Assembly: GCA_016185605.1 (NCBI GenBank)
Contig: JACPNG010000009.1
Coordinates: 53,838 to 117,837 of the forward strand
Origin: Candidatus Woesearchaeota archaeon
GTDB taxonomy: Archaea > Nanobdellota > Nanobdellia > SCGC-AAA011-G17 > JACPNG01
Length of the DNA: 64,000 bases
Direction of reading: 5' to 3'
A program made the position numbers and the translations under genes. Position 1 is the stretch's first letter. Every line of letters begins with the position of its first letter. Of this stretch, positions 30,033 to 41,032 are shown in pieces. The notes under the pieces were generated by a model. It was not told where the DNA came from and searched no databases. It saw only the letters and a program-made list of their open reading frames with translations.

Positions 30033-31410
30033 TTTTATCATAGAACCTTTAGGTTTAATGTCAATAATTGCAGTCCTTAAAAAGGAGAGTCATAAAGTTG
30101 AACTTCTAAAAATAAACTCCAGAAGAAAAGAATTTGGTTCTGCTAGAAATGATGAGGAGATATTTAATTTTTTGGAGAAATTTTCACCAGATTTGATATT
30201 GTATAGTACTACAACAGGCATGCATAAATTATATCTGAATATAAATAAAAAACTGAAAGAGAGATTTAATTTCATATCAGTTTTTGGCGGAATGCATGTT
30301 TCTTTCTTTCCAGACTTTATTAATGAAGAAAGTGTTGATATTATATGTATTGGTGAAGGAGAAGAAGCAATAAGTGAGTTAGTTAATAATCTGGAAAGTG
30401 GCGAAGAAATAATAAACATAAGAAATTTATGGATTAAAAAGGGCCATCAATTATATAAAAATAATTTAAGACCATTAATGGAAGATTTGGATAGTCTACC
30501 GTTTCCTGACAGAGAAATAGTCTATAGGTATGGACTCCATAAAAGAAATCCAATAAAAAACTTCATAACAACAAGGGGTTGCCCATATAAATGTTCTTAT
30601 TGTTTTAATGACGGCTTTTATAAGCTTTATAACCTAAATGGTAACAGAAGAGTTAGATCGAGAGGCGTAAATAATATAATAAGCGAAATTAATGAAGTAA
30701 AAAATAAATATAAATTAAAGTTAGTTTATTTTCAAGATGATATTATCACATTAAATGAGAACTTCAAAGAGTTAATGGAAGAATATAGAAGAGAAATTAA
30801 CATCCCTTTCCATGCACATATAAGACCAGATTTAGTTAATGATTATACAATTAAATTATTAAAAAAGGGTGGTTGTCTTAGTGTTACAATGTCTGCCGAA
30901 ACAGCCAATGACAATACAAGAAATAATATGATTAATAGAAACATGTCTAAACAGAGTATATATCTGGCTGCTAAGCTACTCCATAAATATGATATAAAAT
31001 TCAGAATAGAAAATATGTTGGGATTGCCTAATGAAACTTTAAAAGATGCATTTGATACATTAGAAATGAACATAAAATGTAAACCAACAATTGGTTGGGC
31101 ATCGATATTTCAACCATATCCTGGAACAGAATTATTTAATTATACTAGAGATAATAACTTGTTTAACGGGGAGGTTGATACTTTTAACAATTCTTTTTTT
31201 GATAACAGTGTTTTGGATATAAAAAACAAAAAAGAAGTAGAGAATCTTCAAAAACTATTTTCTATAACTGTCTCTTTTCCCTTCTTAAAGCCCATAACTA
31301 AACAGCTCATAAAACTGCCGAAAAACAATTTATTCAATTTTGTGCATGACGGATGGAAAAGTTACTGTTTTGATAATAAATTATATAAAGTAAATGGTTT
31401 TAAGAGTTAA
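30007..31410 (+). CDS. B12-binding-domain radical SAM protein
   Basis: EPLGL, GGMH, GEGEE, TRGCPYKCSYC, PYPGT. GTG at 30007 follows a GGGGTG RBS. Confidence 0.9.
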   Translation: MRVLIIVNDFIIEPLGLMSIIAVLKKESHKVELLKINSRRKEFGSARNDEEIFNFLEKFSPDLILYSTTTGMHKLYLNINKKLKERFNFISVFGGMHVSFFPDFINEESVDIICIGEGEEAISELVNNLESGEEIINIRNLWIKKGHQLYKNNLRPLMEDLDSLPFPDREIVYRYGLHKRNPIKNFITTRGCPYKCSYCFNDGFYKLYNLNGNRRVRSRGVNNIISEINEVKNKYKLKLVYFQDDIITLNENFKELMEEYRREINIPFHAHIRPDLVNDYTIKLLKKGGCLSVTMSAETANDNTRNNMINRNMSKQSIYLAAKLLHKYDIKFRIENMLGLPNETLKDAFDTLEMNIKCKPTIGWASIFQPYPGTELFNYTRDNNLFNGEVDTFNNSFFDNSVLDIKNKKEVENLQKLFSITVSFPFLKPITKQLIKLPKNNLFNFVHDGWKSYCFDNKLYKVNGFKS

Positions 31411-31413
31411 AAC

Positions 31414-32910
31414 ATGTATAATTATCTAAAAAACAAAATTTTCCCATCATTTCTATTTATATTAATCATAATCTCTCTTCTATTAGTTGGCAACTCATTA
31501 ACTGAATTTTTTACCAAAGGCGATTATGCTAAATTAGAAGAGGAAAAATATATCATATTAAATGAAGATTACAAGTGTATTGATTGTAATGTTATAATAA
31601 TTGGAATTGACACGCTAAGGGCGGATCATTTAGGCTATAATGGGTATTATAGAAATACTTCCCCGAATATAGATGAATTTTCTAATGAAGGTGTAGTTTT
31701 TAAAAATACGTTTTCTCAGGCACCCTCCACATTGCCTTCTTTTGCAACAATCTTTACTTCATTATATCCAATAATGCATAAAGCACAAATTGAAAATGGG
31801 CCTGTTGCGCTAAGTAATGAATCTAAAACTATAGCTGAAATATTAAAAGAAAACGGATATTATAATATAGCATACACTGGTGGCGGTCAAGTGGCTAAAG
31901 AATTTGGTTTAGGTCAAGGATTTAATATTTATGAAGGCAATGTATGTTATAATTATATAACTGCCCCATTAATTAAAAAAGGTGTAATTGCTGACCTTAA
32001 ATGTCTAGAAGATAGCATTGAAATCGTGATGCATAATATCAATTTAAATAAAGACAGAAAATTCTTTTTATTTTTCCATAATTATGTTACACATTATCCC
32101 CATGTTTTATCAACTAATAAATATTCTATATTTACAGATTACAATAATATAAGAGAAGAATATTCTAACATAATAACCGATCCTTTAGTAGTAAAGAATA
32201 AATTAGTGGAAGATATAAATAATGGCAAAATTAAGATGAATAATGAATTAAAAGATTATATTATTGGAAGATACGATGATACAATATATTACATGGATGA
32301 TTGGATAGGATATTTATTGGAAGAAATAAAAAAATCAGATATCATGGATAATACAATAATCATATTTCTAGGAGATCATGGCGAAGAATTTACAGAACAT
32401 GGGATGATTGGATTACATAGCCACACCCTTTATGATGAACTTTTGCATGTGCCTCTGATAATAAAATATCCAAAATCTAAACCAAAAGTTATAGATCAAC
32501 AAGTAAGATTAATTGATGTTATGCCAACAATACTAGATATATTAAATATAAGCATAAAAGAAGAATTACAGGGAGAGACACTAATACCCATAATTCAAGG
32601 TAAAGATAAGAAACTGCCAGTATTTAGCTCACTAGAGTATACGAGTGAAGGTCAACCATTAAAGATATCAATTAGAAAAGACAGCTTTAAACTGATCTAT
32701 GATCTAAAATATAAAAGAACAGAACTTTTTGATCTTTCTAAAGATAAAAATGAACTTAATAATGTAGCAAGTAAGCACAAAGCTAAAGCTAACGAGTTAA
32801 AAAAGGAATTATTGGAATGGTATGAAAACAACAAAAATTATAATATGGAGAAAGAAAAAATACATGACGCTACATTATTGGAATTGAAATCTTTAGGTTA
32901 TATAAATTAA
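31414..32910 (+). CDS. Membrane-anchored sulfatase-like (alkaline phosphatase superfamily) protein
   Basis: IDTLRADH, TSPNID, GDHGEEF.EHG, LHVPLII; lacks the CxPxR formylglycine motif. Confidence 0.85.
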   Translation: MYNYLKNKIFPSFLFILIIISLLLVGNSLTEFFTKGDYAKLEEEKYIILNEDYKCIDCNVIIIGIDTLRADHLGYNGYYRNTSPNIDEFSNEGVVFKNTFSQAPSTLPSFATIFTSLYPIMHKAQIENGPVALSNESKTIAEILKENGYYNIAYTGGGQVAKEFGLGQGFNIYEGNVCYNYITAPLIKKGVIADLKCLEDSIEIVMHNINLNKDRKFFLFFHNYVTHYPHVLSTNKYSIFTDYNNIREEYSNIITDPLVVKNKLVEDINNGKIKMNNELKDYIIGRYDDTIYYMDDWIGYLLEEIKKSDIMDNTIIIFLGDHGEEFTEHGMIGLHSHTLYDELLHVPLIIKYPKSKPKVIDQQVRLIDVMPTILDILNISIKEELQGETLIPIIQGKDKKLPVFSSLEYTSEGQPLKISIRKDSFKLIYDLKYKRTELFDLSKDKNELNNVASKHKAKANELKKELLEWYENNKNYNMEKEKIHDATLLELKSLGYIN

Positions 32911-32997
32911 GATTTAGGAAAGGTTATTAATATAATGAATGATAGGCTATAATATTTTTTAAATTAAAATTTATTTTTAAAATATAAGAAGTGGTAA

Positions 32998-34362
32998 ATG
33001 GTCTCTATAATTGAAATTAAAAATAACTCAAGAAAAAGAAGAATTAAGATAATATTATTAATAATAGCTGTATTATTCTTTTTTAGTCCTTTTTTTATTA
33101 CATACTCAAATGAGATAAATAAACTTTTTTTTACTTTACCATATATACATCCTGGAGATGAACCACACTATTTAGCTATGACTAGTAGTATTATAAAGGA
33201 TTTTGATTTAGAAGTAAAAAATAATTATGAAAATGCTGTAGCTGGCAAAGGAGATACTGGTTTTAAATACAGATATGAAAGAATCAGTCGTCATGCAATT
33301 TTGGTAGATGGAAAAACCAATATTAGATATAATCTAGATGATATTTATAACCTAAGTGGTTCTGGATTCTCGCTAAACGGAGAATCCCCCACTATACGTG
33401 ATGATCTAGAAAATACTGATACTGCTAATTTAAAAGAACGACCTACACGTTATATAGGACTGCCTTTTTTTAGCTCTATTTTTTTATGGCCTTTTAGAAA
33501 TTCTTTAAATTTAGATTCTATTGCAATTTTATTGAGTGCTATTGTTTCTCTTATTGGCTTCTACTTTTTATATTTAGTATTAATTCATTTTAAAAATAAT
33601 GAAAATAAAGTGTTATTCATAACAATTATCTTTATTTTCACAACACAACTATGGTTTTACTCAAAAACATTTTATCCTGACCCCTATATAGCTTCTTTTT
33701 TAATTATTTCTTACTATTTTTTTATTGTTAAAAATAAAGTTGCTATCTCCGGCATTCTATTGGGCTTAGCATTCCTCATGAAATATAATATGATTATTTT
33801 CCCAGCTATATTTGCATTATACCTATTAAAAAATAAAAGGTTTAAAAAGTTTTTTCTTTTTAGTTTAACCATTGGGATTTTTGCATTTCTTCTTTTAATT
33901 TACAATTTTATAATGTGGGGGAATTTATTATTCTCTCATCTTCATTTTATGTACGGAAATATTATTTCTGGGATTTTAGGACTGCTCTTTTCATTAGATC
34001 ATGGTTTAATTATATTTACACCTCTCCTTATATTCTCATTTTTTGGCTTTTATCAATTCTATAAACAAAAAAAAGATGAAGCTATATTTACTTTCATACT
34101 TTTTTTTACATATCTATTGATAATGTCTGCATTTTTAGAATGGCATGGGGGCTTTTCTTATGCTACAAGACACTTAATTCCAATAATGCCTTTATTATCT
34201 ATCCCTCTTCTGTTTTGGTATGATTCAAATAGAAGTAAAAGCTTGAAAATGATATTTTTTATATTAGTTATTATATCTTTTATTTTTAGTTTATATTCAG
34301 TTTTTGCTGATCAAAGTTATGTTTTAGACAAACCGCCCTTATTTCCATATATAAAATTTTAG
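32998..34362 (+). CDS. GT-C membrane glycosyltransferase
   Basis: GDEPHY after TM1; about 10 TMs; HGLIIFTP and WHGGFSYATRHLIP motifs. Confidence 0.75.
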   Translation: MVSIIEIKNNSRKRRIKIILLIIAVLFFFSPFFITYSNEINKLFFTLPYIHPGDEPHYLAMTSSIIKDFDLEVKNNYENAVAGKGDTGFKYRYERISRHAILVDGKTNIRYNLDDIYNLSGSGFSLNGESPTIRDDLENTDTANLKERPTRYIGLPFFSSIFLWPFRNSLNLDSIAILLSAIVSLIGFYFLYLVLIHFKNNENKVLFITIIFIFTTQLWFYSKTFYPDPYIASFLIISYYFFIVKNKVAISGILLGLAFLMKYNMIIFPAIFALYLLKNKRFKKFFLFSLTIGIFAFLLLIYNFIMWGNLLFSHLHFMYGNIISGILGLLFSLDHGLIIFTPLLIFSFFGFYQFYKQKKDEAIFTFILFFTYLLIMSAFLEWHGGFSYATRHLIPIMPLLSIPLLFWYDSNRSKSLKMIFFILVIISFIFSLYSVFADQSYVLDKPPLFPYIKF

Positions 34363-34373
34363 CCACAAAACAT

Positions 34374-35063
34374 ATGAAATTATCAATAATTATACCAGTT
34401 TATAACGAGGAAAATACTATTGGTGAAATAATAAAGAGAGTAAAAGAAGTAAAATTTCCAATAAAGAGAGAAATTATTATTATTAATGATGGTAGTAATG
34501 ATAATACTTCTAATATACTTAAAAAAATTAGAGGAATAAATGTTATAGAATATAATAACAATATGGGAAAGGGCTTTGCTATAAAGCAGGGTATTAATAA
34601 TATTAGAGGAGATATAATAGTAATTCAAGATGCTGATCTAGAATATGATCCAAATGAAATACCCTCGTTATTAGAGCCGATAATAAAAAATGAAACGAAC
34701 ATAGTATATGGATCTAGAATGCTTAGAAAGAATAAGATATCATATTTTCATTTTTATTTAGGCAGTAAAATTTTGACATTCTTAACAAAATTATTATATG
34801 GTGTTTTAATAACTGATGTGGAAACTTGTTATAAATTATTTAAGGCGGATATAATTAAGAAAATAGATATAAAGGCCATGGGTTTTGATTTTGAATCAGA
34901 AGTAACTGCAAAACTATTAAATATGAAAGAAAAGATCATCGAACTGCCTATAAGCTATACCCCAAGAAGAATTAATGATGGGAAAAAAATAAGATTAAAA
35001 GATGGTGTGATTGCTTTGGGAGTGTTAATAAAATATAGAATAGATTACTATAACAAAAAATGA
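34374..35063 (+). CDS. GT2 polyprenol-phosphate glycosyltransferase (DPM1-like)
   Basis: IIPVYNEE, NDGSND, GKG.A, QDADLEYDP, TDVETCYK, GKKI. Confidence 0.93.
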   Translation: MKLSIIIPVYNEENTIGEIIKRVKEVKFPIKREIIIINDGSNDNTSNILKKIRGINVIEYNNNMGKGFAIKQGINNIRGDIIVIQDADLEYDPNEIPSLLEPIIKNETNIVYGSRMLRKNKISYFHFYLGSKILTFLTKLLYGVLITDVETCYKLFKADIIKKIDIKAMGFDFESEVTAKLLNMKEKIIELPISYTPRRINDGKKIRLKDGVIALGVLIKYRIDYYNKK

Positions 35064-36430
35064 TAAAGAATTTAGATTCAATGAAAATTAGAATATGTTT
35101 AATTAATGTTACTAATAAAGATAAAATGGTTATGAATAAAGACCTTAATGGTGGATTCGGAACATGTGATGATTATGGGAATAGCATAACATCTAAAATA
35201 ATAAGGTTTATAAAAAGCAGAACAATAAAGCTCCCGATAATAAGTTACGCGTTTCTGCAGGCAATATTTAAACAACAAGGACATGAAGTTGAGTATTATG
35301 AAGATAACTTTCCGGATAAATCTAAAAATTTTGATTTGATTCTTATATATGGTACAATAGTTGATTTTAAAAATGAAAATATGGTGTGTATAAAACTAAA
35401 ACAAATGTTTCCTACTGCAAAGATTGGAATATTTGGACCTTTTCCATCAGTTATGCCAGAATTATTTAAAAGTGGGGATTTTGTTATAGTCGGAGAGGCA
35501 GAAGCATATTTTATGAATGATTTTAAACATTTAGATAATTTAAGAGGATATGTAAAAGTTTCATCTCAAACTAATATGGAATCCTTACCAAGTCCTTGTT
35601 ATGACGGCTTTCCGATAAATAAATATTCATATTATCCAGCCATTAGAAAAAAACCACTTCTTACTCTTCAAGCAAGTAAAGGATGTCCATATAGCTGCAG
35701 ATATTATTGTGTATATGGAAATTATCAAGGAGTTAAAATAAGACAAAGATCTCCAAGAAGAGTAGTGGAGGATATGATATATCTTAAGAAGAATTACAAT
35801 GTTAAAGGAATACAATTTAGAGATCCTACATTTGGGTTTAATAGAAATTTCATTCAGGAATTTTGCAATGAATTAAAGCATAAGAACTTAAATATAGACT
35901 GGGGGATGGAAACTAGATTGGACCTATTAAATAAAAATAATATTAAAATGATGTATGATGTCGGACTTAGAAATATAAATGTCGGGATAGAAACTATCAA
36001 TTTATATGTAGCTAAAAAAAACAGAAGAAAGTTGATAGAAACAAATCATCAAGAGGAGATAATAAAATATTGTAAGAGATTAGGTATAAATATATCAGCT
36101 TTTTTTATTATAGGATATGAAGGTGATACAAAGGAGACAATAGAAAACACAATCAAATATGCAATAAAAATCAATGCTCCATTGGCTAGATTCTCAGTAG
36201 CTACGCCATATCCTAGCACTGAATATTATGAACTTCTTGAAAAAGAAGGAAGATTATTAATAAAAGACTTTGAAAGATATAATCAGTTTACATTAGTGTA
36301 TAAGCATAAAAACTTAAATGAAGACGAAATTAGAAATTTATTAGAAAAATCCTATAGGGATTATTATTTTAGAATGTCTTACATTTTATCTCTAATAATG
36401 CGGAAAGTAAGGATGGCATCGGTTTTTTAA
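35060..36430 (+). CDS. B12-binding-type radical SAM protein
   Basis: GEAE, ASKGCPYSCRYYC, FRDPTF, TPYPST. Confidence 0.85.
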   Translation: MIKNLDSMKIRICLINVTNKDKMVMNKDLNGGFGTCDDYGNSITSKIIRFIKSRTIKLPIISYAFLQAIFKQQGHEVEYYEDNFPDKSKNFDLILIYGTIVDFKNENMVCIKLKQMFPTAKIGIFGPFPSVMPELFKSGDFVIVGEAEAYFMNDFKHLDNLRGYVKVSSQTNMESLPSPCYDGFPINKYSYYPAIRKKPLLTLQASKGCPYSCRYYCVYGNYQGVKIRQRSPRRVVEDMIYLKKNYNVKGIQFRDPTFGFNRNFIQEFCNELKHKNLNIDWGMETRLDLLNKNNIKMMYDVGLRNINVGIETINLYVAKKNRRKLIETNHQEEIIKYCKRLGINISAFFIIGYEGDTKETIENTIKYAIKINAPLARFSVATPYPSTEYYELLEKEGRLLIKDFERYNQFTLVYKHKNLNEDEIRNLLEKSYRDYYFRMSYILSLIMRKVRMASVF

Positions 36431-36480
36431 TTTTATATAACAATTATATTTAAATATATTTAATCACTCCAATTCGAGAT

Positions 36481-37482
36481 ATGATTAACATAAAAGAGTT
36501 TATATCCATAATAATTCCAGCTTATAATTCAAAAGACACAATAGAAAAATGTCTTACTTTTATATTCAAATCTAAATATAAGAATTTCGAAGTTATTGTC
36601 GTAGATGATTGCTCAACCGATAATTTATATTTAACAGCTAAAAAATTCCCATGTAAACTAATAAGATTAAAAGAAAGATTTGGACCTGCCAAAGCCAGAA
36701 ATGTCGGAGCTAGTAAGGCTAAAGGCAACATTTTAGTTTTTCTTGACTCAGATTGTATTGTCGGTGAAAATTGGTTAAATAGTATAGTTAGAAATTTCAA
36801 AGAATACAACATTGGAGCTACTGCAGCCCAATATAATGATTCAATAAGTAAAAGTTTTATAGCTAAATTTGCTTTTTATGAACTTCTCTTTAGAGAAAGA
36901 AAATTTGATAAATTCGTAAATACAATTCCTTCCTGTAATTTTGCTTGTAAAAAAGAAATTTTCGAAGAAATTAATGGGTTCTCTGAAGATTTTAGGGGTG
37001 CATCAGAAGATTTAGAGTTTTCTTATAGATTAGGAAAAATAACTAAAATATTATGGGATCCTTCTATAAGCGTAACTCATCATTCCAGAAATAAAATGAA
37101 TGAATATATCAAACAACAGTTTATTAGTAGTAGAGATGATGTTCCATTATTTATAAGACAACCAAACTTATTATTAGAAGACACATTTGAAGATAAAACT
37201 AACTATTTAGAAGTAATATCCCTGGGATTATTTCTTACATTTGTATTCTTATCTTTTTTTATGTTGATAAACCAGTATATCATATTAATGCCATTAATTT
37301 TTACATTCATATTAAATATAAATTTTATGAATTTTATAAGAATTAAAGAAAATATTATTTTTTCCATTAAATCTATATTTTTAGTCTATCTAAGAGACTT
37401 CGTATGGTTTATGGGGGCTTTAGTTGGTCTATTTAATGGAATGAGGGAATTGTTTAGTATAAAAAATGTTAAAGTACACTAA
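36481..37482 (+). CDS. GT2 glycosyltransferase with C-terminal TMs
   Basis: IIPAYN, VDDCSTD, GPAKARN, LDSD, SEDLE. Confidence 0.92.
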   Translation: MINIKEFISIIIPAYNSKDTIEKCLTFIFKSKYKNFEVIVVDDCSTDNLYLTAKKFPCKLIRLKERFGPAKARNVGASKAKGNILVFLDSDCIVGENWLNSIVRNFKEYNIGATAAQYNDSISKSFIAKFAFYELLFRERKFDKFVNTIPSCNFACKKEIFEEINGFSEDFRGASEDLEFSYRLGKITKILWDPSISVTHHSRNKMNEYIKQQFISSRDDVPLFIRQPNLLLEDTFEDKTNYLEVISLGLFLTFVFLSFFMLINQYIILMPLIFTFILNINFMNFIRIKENIIFSIKSIFLVYLRDFVWFMGALVGLFNGMRELFSIKNVKVH

Positions 37483-38533
37483 GAGCTTAATATTTAAAAA
37501 TAATGAATGTCCTATATATTTAACATACTTTGTAACATCTAAATGTAATTTAAAATGCCAACATTGTTTCTATTGGGATTCCCTAAACAAAATAAACAAC
37601 GAGCTAAGTCTTGAAGAGATAGAAAGATTTTCTAAGAGCATTAAAAATTTATTGGTTTTATCCCTAACTGGTGGAGAACCATTTTTAAGAAGTGATTTAG
37701 ATAGAATAGTTAAGATATTATATAACAATTCTAAACCTAAGATAATTTCAATAGTTAGTAATGGGTATTTTACGGAAAGATGTTTAGAGATCACTAAAAG
37801 TATATTAGACAACTGTAGGAATATTTCACTTATAATAGAACTATCAATAGATGGTCTTGAGGAAAATCATAATCTAATAAGAATGAATAATGACTCATTT
37901 AAAAATGTTTTACAGACATTTTATAAACTTAAAAAACTGAAGAGAAAACACCCAAATCTTAATATTGGCATAATCACTACATTTAATAGTTTTAATCAGT
38001 ATAGAATGTTAGAGATAATGGGTTTTGTAAAAAAAGAGTTAAATCCTGATTCTTTTACATTATCTTTAACTAGAGGCAATCCGAAAAACATAGAAAGTAA
38101 GAGAATAGATATAGAACAATATAAGAAAGTAACAAGAATAAAGAATAAAATATTTAAAAATGGCTATAATAATTTTTACTTATCGAGTTTAAGGAATGCT
38201 AATGAAAAAGTTATAGAAGATGTCGTATATAACACTATAAAATATAACAAATTTCAAACAGAATGTTATGCTTCTTCTTTAAACGCAGTCATGTCTCCAG
38301 AAGGAGATATTTTAGGATGTGAAACTTTAAATAATAAAATAGGAAATATAAGAGATTTTGATTACGATTTCAAAAAACTATGGGCTATTGAGAAAAGAAT
38401 AAACATGTCTAAATCAATAATAAATAATAAATGCTTCTGTACTCATGAGTGCAATATTTCTGTTAATACCTTATTTAATATAAAACATTATCCAAAATTA
38501 ACCTTAAAATTAGTTGATGGTATAATAAAATGA
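37466..38533 (+). CDS. Radical SAM protein with SPASM/twitch domain
   Basis: CNLKCQHC, TGGEPF, CYA...GCE, CFCTHEC. Confidence 0.9.
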   Translation: MLKYTKSLIFKNNECPIYLTYFVTSKCNLKCQHCFYWDSLNKINNELSLEEIERFSKSIKNLLVLSLTGGEPFLRSDLDRIVKILYNNSKPKIISIVSNGYFTERCLEITKSILDNCRNISLIIELSIDGLEENHNLIRMNNDSFKNVLQTFYKLKKLKRKHPNLNIGIITTFNSFNQYRMLEIMGFVKKELNPDSFTLSLTRGNPKNIESKRIDIEQYKKVTRIKNKIFKNGYNNFYLSSLRNANEKVIEDVVYNTIKYNKFQTECYASSLNAVMSPEGDILGCETLNNKIGNIRDFDYDFKKLWAIEKRINMSKSIINNKCFCTHECNISVNTLFNIKHYPKLTLKLVDGIIK

Positions 38534-39879
38534 AGATTTTAGTTATAGATGCAAGTTTTATAACATTAAATAATAAGTTTAAGTATGGAGATATAGTTCC
38601 ACAATTGCAGATTGGATATATCATATCTATACTAGAAGAGAATAATTATGAGAATTATTTCTTAGACTGTAAATTAATAAATGATATGGATAACTCGTTA
38701 GAAGATTACTCCAATATAGCCCCCAATATTGTTATAATATCATTTAATACATATGACTATAAATTTGCATTTAAATTAGCCAATTTCTTTAAGGACAATA
38801 ATATCATAATTGCAATAGGTCCACATCCTTCTGTATCGCCTAGCACTGTAGTTTATGAAAATTCTCCATTTGATTTTGTTTTAAGAGGAGAATGTGAGTA
38901 TGATATAATAAATTTAATAAAAAACTTAGATAATATGGAAGAATTAAAAAAGATAAAAAGTTTATATTTTAATGATAAGAAAGACTCAGAAATCTCCCTT
39001 ATAAATCAATTTGATGAATTACCATATCCAAAATACCATTCATATGACGGACAGTATTATCAGATATTACCAGTTCCATTTTTTAAAAAAGCAAAATGGG
39101 GATTTTTAAGCTCTAGTAGGGGGTGCCCTAATTTATGTACATTTTGTTCTCCTGTTCACAGGACATCTTATGGTTATAAATATAGAATTAGATCGAGTAG
39201 GGGGGTAGTAGATGAAATGGAATATTTAGTCTCAATAGGAAAAAATGTCATTGAAATTGTTGATGATAATTTCACAGTATCAAAGAAACAAGTATTTGAG
39301 ATATGTGATGAAATAAAAAAAAGAAACTTAAAAATCAAATGGACTGTTCAAGCAAAAGCAGATACACTTAATAGAGATATAATTTTTAAGATGAAAGATG
39401 CCGGATGTTTTTGTATAAGAATGGGTATAGAAACTGGATCAAATAAGTTGATTAATAATATAAAAAAATATAACGGAGACTGGAAAAATCTCGTTATTGA
39501 TGTTTTCAAGTGGGGGAAAGAAGCTAATATTATTATGAATTCTTATGTCATACTCGGCTTACCAAATGAAACCAAGGAAGATAGAGAAGAAACTGTAAAT
39601 TTACTTAAGGAAGCTAAGCCAGATTTCGTACAAGTTCATTACTTTAAACCATATCCGGGATCTAGTTTATATGAAAATATTAGTAATAAGGAGGATTTTA
39701 ATGAGTATTTATATCATTATAATTGTAGTTCTGAAGAATTCGAAGAAATAAAAAATAAGATACATAAGATAGTCTACTTTAATCCTAGATCAATAACTAA
39801 GCATCTATCTTTATTCAGTGGTTTCTATATTAAAAATCCTAAGATTTTATTAAGATTAATAAACTTCCTATTTAATTAA
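38530..39879 (+). CDS. B12-binding-domain radical SAM protein
   Basis: GPHPS, RGECE, SRGCPNLCTFC, DDNF, PYPGS. Confidence 0.9.
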   Translation: MKILVIDASFITLNNKFKYGDIVPQLQIGYIISILEENNYENYFLDCKLINDMDNSLEDYSNIAPNIVIISFNTYDYKFAFKLANFFKDNNIIIAIGPHPSVSPSTVVYENSPFDFVLRGECEYDIINLIKNLDNMEELKKIKSLYFNDKKDSEISLINQFDELPYPKYHSYDGQYYQILPVPFFKKAKWGFLSSSRGCPNLCTFCSPVHRTSYGYKYRIRSSRGVVDEMEYLVSIGKNVIEIVDDNFTVSKKQVFEICDEIKKRNLKIKWTVQAKADTLNRDIIFKMKDAGCFCIRMGIETGSNKLINNIKKYNGDWKNLVIDVFKWGKEANIIMNSYVILGLPNETKEDREETVNLLKEAKPDFVQVHYFKPYPGSSLYENISNKEDFNEYLYHYNCSSEEFEEIKNKIHKIVYFNPRSITKHLSLFSGFYIKNPKILLRLINFLFN

Positions 39880-39880
39880 A

Positions 39881-41032
39881 ATGTTTAGAATTATCCCTAG
39901 GCAGAGTGTATCTCATTTAAAGGGACAGTTAAAGATAATGCTAAAAGAAAAAATTTCTGTGGAAAGATTTGAGAACAAATTAGCAAGTTATATTAATATA
40001 AACAATGTTGTGGCTGTTGGATCTGCTACACTGGCTTTTTATCTAATTTTAAAAAACATAAAGAAAACAAATAAGGATGAAGTTATACTATCCAGATATA
40101 ATTACTATGATTTGGCAAATGTTATTGATTATTGTGGAATGAAACCGGTTTTCATAGAAGTAGATGAGAGTTTACAGATGAATATTAGTGAAATTAAAAA
40201 TAAAATATCAAAAAATACTAGAGCTATATTAGTTACTCATTTATTCGGATTTCATTCCGATATTAAAAGTATTTTAAAAACAGCCAAAAAAAACAATATT
40301 TATGTAGTAGAAGACGGCACTCATGCCTTGGGCTCTAGTATAAATAATAAGAAAATTGGTTCTTTCGGTGATTTTGGCATGTTCAGTTTTAATAGATGGA
40401 AAATTATGGATTGTTTTGGTGGTGGGGTTATAGTATCTAATAATGATGCAATTATGAAGAATATAAGAAATGAAATCAGTAAGTACAAATATCCTAATAA
40501 AAATGAGATTCTTAGAAGAATTATTTTCAATTATGTATCTTGGATTTTAACTTTTAAATTAATCTTTAGTCTATTTATATTTCCTATTGTGTATCTTTTC
40601 AATTTGTTTAATAAAGATACTTTATTTGATTTAACTAAAGATGATTTATCAATTAAATTTTCTAATAATAAAAAGTTAAGATTCTCAGAATTACAAGCCA
40701 CTATTGGTTATAAAATGATTGATAATTTAGATTTTATAAATAAAGAAAGGGAAAATAAATACAGGAAACTAATCGCTGAAATCAAAAATAGAAATGTTAA
40801 GACTATTGAGATTAATGGTTTACAACCGATATTCTTTCCTATTATTGTAAAAAACAAGAAATTTGCTTACGATTATTTATTGAAAAACGGCATAGATACA
40901 ATAAGTAAATATTATGGATATAATTTAGATAAAAATAAAAATGTAGAGGATAACTTAATATTAATACCTGTTCATATAAATGTGAATAACTCTGATATTG
41001 ATTATATAGCTGATTGTATAAATAAAATTTAG
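39881..41032 (+). CDS. DegT/DnrJ/EryC1/StrS-family PLP-dependent sugar aminotransferase
   Basis: THLFG, VVEDGTHALG, FSFNRWK...GGG. Confidence 0.88.
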   Translation: MFRIIPRQSVSHLKGQLKIMLKEKISVERFENKLASYININNVVAVGSATLAFYLILKNIKKTNKDEVILSRYNYYDLANVIDYCGMKPVFIEVDESLQMNISEIKNKISKNTRAILVTHLFGFHSDIKSILKTAKKNNIYVVEDGTHALGSSINNKKIGSFGDFGMFSFNRWKIMDCFGGGVIVSNNDAIMKNIRNEISKYKYPNKNEILRRIIFNYVSWILTFKLIFSLFIFPIVYLFNLFNKDTLFDLTKDDLSIKFSNNKKLRFSELQATIGYKMIDNLDFINKERENKYRKLIAEIKNRNVKTIEINGLQPIFFPIIVKNKKFAYDYLLKNGIDTISKYYGYNLDKNKNVEDNLILIPVHINVNNSDIDYIADCINKI

